Origin: Klebsormidium nitens | Taxonomy: Eukaryota > Plantae > Klebsormidiophyceae | Length of the DNA stretch: 64,000 nt | Direction: 5' to 3' | Assembly (NCBI GenBank): GCA_000708835.1 | Contig: DF237349.1 | Coordinates: 1-64,000 of the forward strand | Shown: positions 1-12,400 of the stretch, one piece after another | Layout: each line of letters starts with the position of its first letter | Numbering within the stretch: the first letter of the stretch is position 1 | Program-made: the position numbers and the translations under genes | Notes under the pieces: model-generated | What the model was told of the DNA's origin: nothing | Databases searched by the model: none | The model's input: the letters and a program-made list of their open reading frames with translations, nothing else

Positions 1-224
1 GCTGGGCAAAGAGGAACCCAAAGAATGACCGGTCATTACCACCAGATAATGAGCGCTTTGCCAAGGTAGAGTGTGAGATAAAGCAGACAGGGAACCCAAG
101 CAAGCGCTAGACTCCCTGGCAAAAGGCACTGCCCTTGCCAGAAGTGGCACCAGACTCACCACTTATATGCGCTCATTTAAGGGTTTGGCAACAGGTGAAA
201 AGAAACGAGAAACGTGTTGGCAAG

Positions 225-3200
225 CACCAGAAAGCTGGACACCAGCCCTGAAACCGATCAGGCGGCGATAGTACTGTGGCCTCGCGATGCGGGTATCGCA
301 AGTGAGCATAGTGTCGCCCACAATTGTCCGTCATTGCCACGTGGCCGAAGATGGATGTTTGAGAGGTACGGACGAGCTAAACACCCGCCACAAGCAACCT
401 CGGAACCAGTGCGGAAGGAACATCTGGAATTTACAGCCTTGTGTTTGAAGGACAAACAGAACGGACACTAACAGTGCCACTGAGTGCGAAGGCTCCTGAA
501 CAATTTCGGTACGCCCAAAAACAATGACGTACAAGCTGCTTAACTTTGACAAAGTGCCAAGAAAAATCAATCAAGTACCCTCTGCGACAAGGGAGGTTGA
601 ACGCTCGCGCAAAAGGCATAGCAAAGCCCTTGTCACGACTGAAAATTGAGGGCTCAGCAAAGGTGAGCAGGAAAAATCACAATGATGAGCACAAATCAAA
701 CGTCGAGGAGACACCACACGTCGAGGAGACGGATGCGGGTACACGGGTGATGTGGCAACAGGCAGCACGGGTGAAATCCGGACGTGGCAAAAGGATATGG
801 TTTGGAGGGGTGAAGCTGCTTGCTCTATAGCAAGGACGAATGCAAAGCCGTGTAGGGAGGAATAGAAAGACAGCAGCAAGCAGAAGCGAATCGTTCTACA
901 GGGAGGCGTCGCACTTACTTCTACTTGAATGTTCTGGGCTGAGATACTTCCGAGACCAGTTTTGTTTTCCCTGCAAGCGTTTAGGATCGCGGCAAAGCAA
1001 GAGAGAGACCGGCATCATATCTCACAGCAGTACTGGCACGAAGCCAAATCGGTGTTCTGAATCATCGCCATCACAAAGGGCCGGAAACTGTCAGATTGAA
1101 TGAAACTTCTTTGTGAGTCTGAGGTTGCCTCGTCCAAGATGCACATGGTGGCGTTCACACTAGGCATAGTATGATCTGACTACTACGAGCAGTAAAGTCT
1201 CAGACGCACAGTTCCGTGGGACGGCGCAACATTCACCAGCTTCGAGGGCAAAAGACGAGCAACAAACGCGGTGTGTGCAGGACTCGGCCTGCTTTGCGCT
1301 CTGGTACGTCCCTTGCATAGAAACGAGGAGACGCGTAACGGTGTCGAAAGTCCATAAACTGGGCGGACTACAGGACCCTACTACAGGTTTGCTAATGCGA
1401 TGCGGCCTTAGCTCTGCAGGAAAGTGACTGGCTCGACGCTTAGGTGCCCAAATGATAGCCGCAGCTTGAGCGGCCCTGCGCTTGACGAAGTATACCACTT
1501 CGGAGAGGAAGACACCGCGCTTTTGACGGCTGACAGGCCCGAACTTTCAGCTCCCAGCCACGAAAATCCACCCGTCGGAAGAATTTTTTGGCTCGACCAA
1601 CGGCATCATGAGGATGAAAAGAGGATAATCGAATCACTTGGTTCCACCTTCAAATGGAGGGCGCAGTTTTGTTAAGTAAAAGCTCGAATCACAGACACTG
1701 TGCCGGAAAACTAGGAATGAATCCGTACAGAGCAGAAAGGGGAAGATAAACGTCCGATTTCGAAATTCCAAAGCTTTCCACAGAACTTGACGGATTTGCG
1801 GAGCTCAAGGTTTTCAATAAGAGAACGGTCTCAAACGGCCCAGTTCCCAATTACCCCGACGATCTTTCTCTGCATCGTACTTCTTCAAAGTCTCTAGTAC
1901 TTATAAGTACGAAATTCCTGTACCTATAAATCACCGCCACGCTTCACATAGAGAAGGAACGGCTCAGCCGCCAAAACTGAACGCACGCGCTGATGCAGAG
2001 CATTACATAGCCCGTGAAACCGCGCAGCAGCGAATGATCCGCCGTTACGAGAAGTCGGGACGTTGGTCCGGGTCACGCAAAGTAAACGGCAATTTCCTGC
2101 CCGTTCATGTCACAAGCAGGGGCAATCGGGCAGAAAGTTCAGGTAAGCGGTCCTTCCTCGCGCTTTCGCTTATCGTAGAGCATAACCATGGTACAAGAGT
2201 CTACCGTCATCGCTGGAGTCCATATTCAAGGGCACAAAAGAGAACGGCATCGCAGGATATTCCCGCACAGTACCTGCGCTAACAAACTCACCCACAGGCT
2301 TTCATCCTTGCCGTGATAAGGTATCCACCCAATGAAGAGGCAAAAAGGAGGCCCAATACTAGGGAGGCCTGTCAAAACAGTAAGACAAAACCAAGACTTA
2401 GCAGCTTCGTCCAGTGTGCAAGCAAAAGGTGGGGACACACAAGGCTTGCGAGCCTGACGAGCCTGACGAGCTTTAAAACCACAGTAGAAGTGGAAATAAC
2501 AGTAATGAATAGAGTTACGACAATGACCGGAGTGGTTGACTGCCCAATGGTATCCTGAACACCGTGAGAGCGCCGGACAACTGGAGCACTGTAAGGCCAA
2601 GGAATGTTTTATGACGCGTTAAAGCCTCAAAAGCGAGTCAACACCGAAGGCATCAGTGCCACGGACCCGTACAAAACAACTATTGGAACCGCAAGCCGCC
2701 AACGCCCATTAATCTTTGATAAATGGAAACTAGAGCAAGCTCGCCGATTTCAGCAAAGCTTCTATTGCAGCTCAATCAGTGGTAGACATGGGTGAGGGGA
2801 TGGGAACGGGTGAAGACGTACAACAACAAACAAAGCCCCCAAACCGAACCTTGCATTAAGCGTGGCTTCTCCCACATCCTATGCTGGGCAAGAAGAAACC
2901 CAAACACGAATCCCGGTCATCACCAGACCAATAGCACTTTGCCGCGGTACAAACCGGGTTAAAGCAGCAATCAAGCGCCTGATTCCACCGCGAACTATCC
3001 AATCGCCACCAGGATTTGACATCAAAATTTCCACTTGTGCGCTCCAACGGGTTTGCAGCAGGTGAATCGAAATTAGAGACGTGTCGCAGCAAGCTTGAAA
3101 GCAAGCTGGAAAGCCAGCCGTAGAGATACGATATCCGCTATACTCTGGCTTCCCAAACAGAAAGTACTGGTGGGCACACAGAGGCGCCCACAACTTTCGT

Positions 3201-4160
3201 CATTGCCACACAATATGGGATGTTCAGCTGGGGAAGGGGTAGATGAGCGGCGCGCGCGGCCACCACAAGCAACCACTGAACGGAGGCAAAAGGGAGATCT
3301 GGATTTTATAGCATGCAATTTTTTTGACACAAGAAAGGACAGTAACAATGCATGGAGTGCAAGGTTCCAAGATATTGTTGGCACGCTAAATAATCATGAC
3401 GTCGAAGCTTCCAGAGTGGCAAGAAAGTTTCACCAAACAATTCAGACGTCTCCTGCAACAAAGGATCCAAAAGGCTCGCTTCCTTTCTGAAGCAACCTTC
3501 CCGGCCGAGGTCCAGTCAAAACCACCGGACTTAGAACCGATTCGGAGGGGCCAGCGCAACCGAGCCAAAAACTTTACAAGCATCTGCCTCAACTTGACGA
3601 GGCCCGAGACGATATCGACGTAGGCACGACGGTGCACAAGCTAGTGACAAGGCACATATATCCGGCCAAAATGAGTCGTGAGGAAACTGCCTCGTTTGAG
3701 GAGAGGTATGAGAAGCCCAATACAAGATCACGCCCAAGGGGCAAGGAGGGGCCGGCCGGGCAATCAGACGGGCAACCACAAAACTCCCATTTCTAACAAA
3801 CAGACATAGTACTCGTCGTCAATGTTGACGTTTGTTTGAGAGAACTCAGCCTTAAGTACGTGGAAAGGAACGGTGGCTTCCAAGACCCACAGGACCACGC
3901 CTGGCGCAGAGCCAGATCGATGTTCTGTATCATCGCCAGATTGCAAGGAACAGCCAAATGTGTTGAAGGTTTTTGAAGTCTGCCGAATTTACTATCTTCG
4001 TCCGGGAAACACATGGTCGACCGCCACTAGGCACAAGAACCGTCTACGAGCAGCGAAGCCTTCGAATCGCAGTACTTGTCAGACTGCGAACAGTCAGACG
4101 GCCTCCAGCACAAGATCGACCGACAAGACGTGCGAGTCGCACAAGTCCGCCAGCTTTATA
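225..4160. repeat. Old degenerate direct duplication (blocks ~225-600 vs ~3100-3480 and ~1033-1290 vs ~3901-4160), offset ~2.87 kb; possibly decayed tandem paralogues
   Basis: 1033-1070 CTGGCACGAAGCCAAATCGGTGTTCTGAATCATCGCCA vs 3901-3938 CTGGCGCAGAGCCAGATCGATGTTCTGTATCATCGCCA (32/38). Shared CCACAAGCAACC at 388/3263, plus GTCATTGCCAC, CACATGGT..CACTAGGCA and CTACGAGCAG blocks at similar offset. Frameshifts and stops present; no protein family recognised. Confidence 0.7.
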
Positions 4161-6445
4161 TTGGCACTAGCAGGAAGCTGCTTGAGATACTCCCAAGTCA
4201 AGCGACGCACCAATTCTGCAGCAAGAAAGGTTTTGCGTCAATTAAGCAGATGTTACGCACATCTCCACCCTCTCGTCTTTGCCCCATGGACACCGTTGCT
4301 CACTTCCTTTCTGACGAAATGATGTACCAAGTGATCACGAATGTAATTACGTAATCAAACGAAGCCATCCTAAATCACCTGGCTGAGTACGTGCACATTC
4401 TTCGCGGGCGACCTTTGAACTTATGCCAGGAAAGTACAGCGGAGCAGTGATGTGGGACCAATCGTGCGAGTAGTCGCGCCGGCTTTCGCCGCACGTGTGC
4501 AACGAAGCTCTTTGATAACACACTGGTTTAGGGCACGAGCAATCACCAATTCAACTGTGACAAGAATAGCAAACTAGCTTGAACACTAAAATCGTCACTA
4601 GGCTTTTGGGAAGCGCCGCAGCTTCGGTCGAGGATGGCAAGACACCGCGTGGGAGAAGCTTTGTCCCATACTCATGTCCACTGCATTGCCGCGGGGCATA
4701 TCAAGAGCCGCAATTGCTTTCAGAGGAACTCAGTTGTTATAAATCACCAGCCAACTTTGCAATTTGACCAGGGGCTTGCACAAGATTGAAGAACGGTTGC
4801 GTTCTACAAGTTCAACAGACTGTGAAAACATTGAAGAGGGGAGCCCAGGCTTTCGCAGGCGTTGCTTTAGTCAGTGCGGAAATTTGGACCCTTCCCGGAA
4901 TCCCTTGGCAGCGATGGAGCATTGTTGCAGCGCCATTGAGGAACGAACAAGGACATACTGATGCTGGAAGTAGTAGGGAAGACGCAGACAACATTCCAGG
5001 ACGCCGCACACTATTTGAGTAGGCGCCAAATCTGAGTTCAAGGTTTAGAGGATTTGGCTCTTCGTTAGGGGCAACAAGCGACAACAATGCCCAACTTGCA
5101 TTTATCTTAGCCATTGCTACGCCGTGCAGGTAAAGAAAGAAAGAGACGTACAGTAGCGATTCCAATTGTGACAGTCAGCAGCCCTAAAGACGCGGCTATA
5201 TCGAATTCGATGCTTAGTGGAGGCTTCGACTGAACAAACAACAGCCGACGTTTTGCGAAAAACAACAGAAACAATGCTTGGCCGTGTCCATCGAGATGAA
5301 GGTATAGGCTTCACCGAGAGATGAGGGACGGACACAGTGGAGAACGACGGACAAGGAGTCCAGTGGACTTCTTGTACACAGCACAAAGGGAAGATAATGC
5401 TTCCACACCTGCTGTTAGGACTGCTTGCCCAAGAACAGAAAACAGCTGCTGAAATCAAGGCTCTACACAACAGAACGACATGAGATATTCCTTGCAATTT
5501 GAAGCTACCTCTGACAATCTTTCCTGCAATCCAGTCCGCCAGACAAGGACAAGTCACTGACTTGTGGCAATCAATACCGCCATGCTTTGCAACAGTAATC
5601 AAACAGCAGAAACCAAACAGCCCAGCGCCCGGGACTGAGTACATACGCCGCTGCGGAGAGTACGAGAGTTGGAAACAGCAGCAAGTAATTGTTACGTCGT
5701 TGAAAGGCCGCTTTGGGTCAGGTTACGCCAACAGAAATGACCATTCTATTGATGTGCGTGGACTGCCGTTCCGAGCATTGGGAGGGCAGTCTAAACGCCG
5801 AGGGCAAGATTCTCGAAGCGTTCTGTTGTACCCAATGGCATGAAGGCTTTGTTATAGAAACGTACGGTATGGGCCAGATATGACGAGCACACGAAAGAAC
5901 ACGTGGTGAAACACGAGGTAGTTCGAGGCTCGGTGGTTTGTGCGGGACGTTGGGGGGTGCCCGAGCCCAACAGCTGCCAGTGCGTCTTTGCCGCTGTTCC
6001 CGCCTCTGGCGAATCGGCAGTAAGTACTCGCGGAAGGTACGACTCAGAGCAGAAAGAAAATGGAACTGAGGTTTGCTAGATGGGCCTCTGCTATGTAGTA
6101 AAAGGTGCTGGCAAGGCAAGCATGACGGCAAAGTATTCCAAGGACCTGGACGGTTCTAGATCGTCTTAAAGAGCTGTCGAAGGCATGGAGCAAATACCGT
6201 GCTGAGGGCACTTTGAAAGGTTAAGATGTCAAATGAATCGTTGATTCCGCTTCAGGTAAAGTCCGATTTTTTTTAAACAAGTACTACTTGAGGAGCTTTC
6301 ACTCAGCCGGCCTAGACAAATCTGCCGCACGATTTGGCGGGATCGCGTGCTCAGAAGAACAATCTAAGAACATACTGCTTTATCTTACTTCGATCGGGAA
6401 GCTTCTAGACGCGTATAGCGGGGAGCTCCTTGAATCTCCGCAACG

Positions 6446-9400
6446 CTACCTCTCATTTTTGTCCCACCGCCAAATCTGGCCGTTATCGTGGCACGAGAGG
6501 ATGGTGCTGCGGAAACGGCACAAGAGCTTTTGTCAGGAATGCTGCCCAAAAGTAATTCGTGCGTTGGCAGCCAAATACGGCGCACCCCAGTTTCGATGGG
6601 TCCTGACCGCGGTACGTGGCGACCAGCTTTGGACAAAGTTAAGTCTATCTACGTATGCTTAGTTGGAACGCGGACGTGGAACAAGACAACAAAGTTGATC
6701 GGTTCCACCAAAGGCCGATGATTGCGAAGCGTGCGAAGCGTGCGAATAGCCAGCATAAGGCCCCGATTAGACCTTGGCGTGCAATAACGAGAGTAAAATG
6801 AGGTGTCAGGATCAAGCAAAGAAGTACTTGCAAACCTACATACACTGCTGGCAGGAGCTTGATTTTCACAAGATCTAGACTTTTGCAATTTGCTCCAATT
6901 CTTAACAGTAAAGAGCTCAGAAGGTGTAGAGGCGAGTCCGGGACATTTCGCATCGACGGCTGATTGATCGATCAATGCCTCGTCTCTTCGTTCTGGTAGT
7001 GAACAAGGTGAACAAGGTGACGCAATCTGATACGGATGACAAAAACCGGCGGCTCACCTTCCGTCATAAGAGAGCGCTACTTGCCGGCACTGCGATTGCG
7101 CTTCCCGGCTTTGGTTGTAACACCTGCACGATCACAGGCAACACCATGTTTGGTATGTACTTGTACTGGTTTCTGCCGAATCTTGCTTGACACACCTCAA
7201 ACGTTGCTGAGCCCACTGAAATCAAGAGCCGTCCACGGAAGTGATTGCAATTCAAATGTTACTTGGTGGCTGCGGCGAACCTCTGGTGATTGAGGAGGCT
7301 GGGTTAGACCGCTGAACGCAGATCGATGTGTTCGTTTGCTAGAAACCGATATATCCGATATGCGTATCACTTCAAAACATGCGTCGATCACCACGCCACC
7401 ATTACACACATAAGCAACCTTGCCTGCGCATACCGGGAGCTTTTTGTTGAGCCGCTGTGCAGTCTCTGTCGGAGTGTTGACCTAAGGCCTCCAATTTTCG
7501 ACCACCGATAATCAGACCTCTCAGATTGTCAAGGGCCGAACTATAGGGACCCGCGGCTCAAACCTAAGATGCAATCAAGCACGCACTCACTTTGCAACTC
7601 GGCACGGCGGGTACGCATGGATGTCATACACAAAGACTTCGCCATAGTCGTTACCTGCACACATAGTGGGCGTCAGAGCGCGGATGGACTTGTCGGGCTT
7701 GCTCCTTCTCAAAGCAGTTCTTCATGTCAGCTTACAAGGCCACGGTACATAATCATCCATGCGAGATGCAACCCTTGCCAGTGGACTAGCCTAACCACCT
7801 AGAGCGCTCAAACTCAGGCCCAATGAATCCAGTCAGACAAAATATAAGGACCATGTACAAGTTTGGCTTCGTGGGTAAGCAGTGTGGCGCAAGAAGCCAA
7901 CGTCGGCATGCGTCCTTGCCACCTACAAGAGCTACTCGAGGACAAAGAAAGTGTCCAAGACGGAGCAAGCCGTTTCGCACGCGGCAATTTCCAAGCCTGC
8001 AGTCAGCTGGGGAAGGAGACGGCAAGCATCCGAAGCTTTGGACGAGAACTTAGCCAGGTAGCTTAGCGAGGAGCACGAAACCATGCCATGCCGTGTCCTG
8101 CAAAGGACAAACCGGCGTACGCTCACTGCTACCGCTGACGAACACATACAGAGTGTACAAGAAAAGCCGTACTGGCGATCGCGAAGGCAGCAAGCCAGTC
8201 ACCAATTGGTCGCAAAAACGCACACTGCAACCATGCGCAGGGTCTTGCTGAGTGCGCGCGATTTCTGGGCTAAGAGGTGTTCAGATTTGAAGTCGAGAGG
8301 TGTGACGGAGGTATGGACAAGCTCGAATGCAAGCCTTGGAGGCCAACAAACTTTCGGGTTACAAGGGATACAAGGGAAAATGCAGTTGAAGATGGCACGG
8401 CAGCTTCCGGACGTAGCTCCGACGGATGAAGAGGTGTGGCTGGTAAGCGCCCAATCCTGCGAGTAATCACTGCCGGGCGAAGAAGCTTCAAGGAAGATGC
8501 GCGAACCAAGAGTGAGCAATCCGAGACTCGCCTCATTTGGGATATACCAACACCGTGTAAGCCTGGCACCAATCCGAGCTATCTTGTGACTCGGCCGACC
8601 ATAAAAACCATTGCAGCATAATGCTTCGATGAAGAGGCCGTCCTCTCCGCAATGATAATAAGGTACGGCAAAGGTATACTTTGGGCAAAAACCCCTTGCA
8701 AGCTCCTGGATCTGATACAGTCCACCGAGTTCGTCCGCCAAGCGCAAGATGTCCGTCAAGTGCAAGGCGACCAAGGCATAAAAAGCGATTGTTCGAACCG
8801 CACGATCGGGGGTTGGCGAAACCAGTAATGTCCATTCTTGCCCGCAGCGACAGGTTCTCTGAATTTGAATCAGTAGAATTTGACTGGAACCCAGGATACT
8901 GACACTGGAAGTCGGTGAATGCACTTCTGGAAATTTTAAGGGGCTTAACACCATCAGAGCAGAGATCAGCGACCATAACCGGTAAATGTGTCTCTAGACA
9001 TCACTATTGAGGACTCCGGGTTTCAACACGACCCTGAGTGTTGAAAGAACGACAAGGGATGGTGGCGTCAAGTAACGGGCGAAGCAGCAAGAGCTTGTGG
9101 CCGCAAGCGGCCAGCCTCCCCGTCCATCTTTGCCACGTGCTATGGTCGACCAAGATATTGAGCAGCAAAGGTTGCAAGGTATGTGGTGAAGAAGTGTTTC
9201 AAAAGCACGGTTGTGGAGGAATATATTAGGGAACGCTAAAGCAACACGAGAAAGTGACGAGTTGTGGCCGCATGATTTTCATGAACACTACAAATAAACA
9301 GAAAGTGCCCATGTGCCGAGGGGAATATCAGCACCAGCGACGGGTTACCAACTTGTTACAGTTAGGGCAGAAACTGGACAAGGGGAACGGAAAGGCGAAG

Positions 9401-12400
9401 AAGGTGTAGACAGATGGGACGCGGACGATCTTTAATCAACACCTTTGACCAGGAACAGTCAGGTTTGAGTGTGGCTCCTAAAGGTTGTGGTAGACTTTGT
9501 GAGCACGATTTCCGTCATTAGCCATAAACAGGAGCAGGTAAGTCAGTCCGGCACTGGAAAGAAGGAGGAGCCGGCCGTTGGAAGAGTAGCGAGATGCCCC
9601 AAAGTCCCGTCCCAAAATTTCAAGGTTATGCGAAAGGGCAAACCCTAAACTCCTAGACCCATGGAGCCTTCGAGCTGTTAGACAAGCAAGAGGCGGGGCA
9701 GCTTGAGAACTATCTTACTTCAAAAAGCTTGGCAAAAAGGAACTCCCAAACCTAAGTCCCTTCCTCGCTACGTGGCAGTCCAACAGGCGCGATATATGCA
9801 ACGGTGGACTAAACCGATCCGCAAACCAGGCAAGCGCTTAAAGAAGAGCTACAGACTATCATCACGGACGGCCTATTCAGGTCCGAACTAGGCAACCTTT
9901 ACGCACGTTTGCAAAGTAAGGAAAGCAATGGCGCTGCCCGTTTCATGGACGCTGGCTGTGAAAGTCGCTCGGTGGAAAGCTGAGAATAGGACTCCAGAAA
10001 TTCAGAAATCCAAAGGCTCTATATTGAAAGGACCGCACATTTGCACAATGTCGGAGAACGGAAGACGTGTAAATAAAGTATGGCATACATTGGCAATCAG
10101 GGCAGTGGCGAGGCTTCTATGTATGTCCCATCCGAGCAAGCAAAAGTTATGTCCAAACGGTTGTTCCACTCAACGGAAAGCTGGTCCAAAATAGACTGAA
10201 CTAGAGAAAGCGGTATTCCGGAGACACAAGATTTCCTGGGCAACACAAGCCCGACAGGTGGTCCCATCATGACCGCTTGATCCGGCACAAAAAAGACCAG
10301 GAAAAACGCCAAGACTAAGAAAAAGGCCAGGAGCGTTGGAAACCGGAGGTGCATCAAAATGAAGATTTTACGGTCGTTTAGAAGCTTCAAATGCAAGAGG
10401 GTTTTCTTTCGGCGTTCTCCTTTTACAGAAAACGATTCAAGCAACAAGCAAGAGAACGCATAAGTAAGGAGAGAAAGACGAGGCGAAACAATCACAACAA
10501 GGCTGAACAACGACTCAGATGCGAACCCACAGTAACACACACCGATCTCTGCCACACGGGACAGACTTCACCACATGAGGACACCTTCGGGACCACAAGG
10601 CATGAACCTTTGGGCGGGCTTTGATGACTGGCAAATGGAATGAAATGGACTCGGTTGAATCAACGTATCGTAATCCCTTCAAGGCGGACAGTTTTCCATA
10701 ACCAACGCCTTGGAGTCTAACTTCGGGCATCAGGAATGGAAGGAAACAAGTGTTGAGCGGTAGGCCGCCCAAATACTATCCGCCTTTGCCGTCTAGGCTA
10801 AAACGACAAACATGTACAAGGTGGCAAAACGAGTGGCACAGCAGCAACGAATGACTTTTCTCTTTCTAATTTTATCGAATTTCCAATGGCTTCGTTGCCA
10901 AAGCATGCGCTCCGTGGAATGCAATTGATCCGCAGTTTTGGCCTCAATCATTGCCAAAGACAAGCAGTACCCAGCGTGACTCCGAAGTGCTTTTGGAGGA
11001 GGTAGGAATTAACAAGCTGCCAAGAACTCTGCATAGTAGGAAGAAAAAATAACAACCTACAACCGTACAACGCTTGACCAGTTTGCGCAGCGAGAAGCTA
11101 CTAGGATTTCAGCGAGTTAAAGACATAATTTCCGGCAAAACTAACTCTCACTGGGCTGCCTTTCACATCGCAACGCACGTTATCTGTCCGTCACATGGCT
11201 ACAGCAGATACAGTAAAGACTTGGAACAGCACCGACAGGATATTCGCCACGAAGAGAGGAGGCACATCAAAGCCCTGGAATGCATGTAACGACGAAAACA
11301 CGGTGTTGTATTGAAGTCCTCCGGATAAAAGCATATTGTGCAATTGATGAGACTTCCCAGCTTCGAAGCACGACACGGAGTGTGAGGGTTCGTGCACCGG
11401 AGGAGGACTCCTCCGCGGCAAAGCTCAAGGTTATAAGAGCTCGGAGGGAAGCCGACTCCACTAGACCAAGGGTGCGCACTTGCGAAGCTTCGGAAAAAGA
11501 GGTTTAAATACCTTTAAAAGACTCAAAAGTATTATCAATACCGTCACCGATCACAAACTTCGGAAAGATACAACCACCCAAGGAGGTATAAGAGGCATTT
11601 CCAAACGTTGCTTCGGTGGCTTCACGCCCACCTGCTGGTGATTGTGCGACAACACGCAGGCCTGAGCTTGATCATGACCACAAAGAGATCACTGAAACAG
11701 AATGGGCATTGCGTAAGCAATTTGGGAGGGATGTGTGGACGAAAGAATGGGTCGAAGCAGTAAGGACAGGCGACAAGACTCAGCGGCTCGGAAAAGATCA
11801 GCGATCGATTGGAATGGCAGGAAGACAACGCGTTTGAAGTGCATGCTCAGAAATATAAGCGACAGTAAAGTGTGTGGCAAAATAAGGTTCTATGTGACGC
11901 TGCCAAGTAAGGAAAGGAATGACACGGGGTCTACAGGTACAAGGAAAACAGGATTGTTACGTGTTCCTTTGAAAACGAACGCGGTAACAAAGCGTACGAG
12001 CAGAGGCCAAGAAAAGCGAAGGGGCCGTACCGCATGCAACGAGCCTTTGGCAGAAGTCGGTGGAGAACTTGTTGAACCAGTGGTGGCTGCGGGGGATCTC
12101 GTACTCGCTGATCACATTCGTCTTGCGCTGCAAAGCAAGTACGCGAAATAAACCCACTGGTAGCAGTTTCTTGTGTAAGATATTTTTACGCATGTTTCGA
12201 TCACTCGAGGACTCTTGATGGTAACCAGAAGTTTACAACCCTGAGATTTAAGCCGCACAGAGAGGGACAGCTAAAAAAAATCGGTGCTCAGCAAGTTTTT
12301 CCGTTTATCAATCCAATAATATCAAGCTGGAACCCGAGCTGGAACCGGAGCTATTCCGCTGATTGCGGATCAACACGGGACTGGAATCCGGGCAGCTAGC

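Noticed and set aside
1105-1145. MCILDEATS resembling an ABC-ATPase Walker B/D-loop
   Set aside because: No Walker A or signature motif nearby, and the paralogous copy reads MCFPDEDS.
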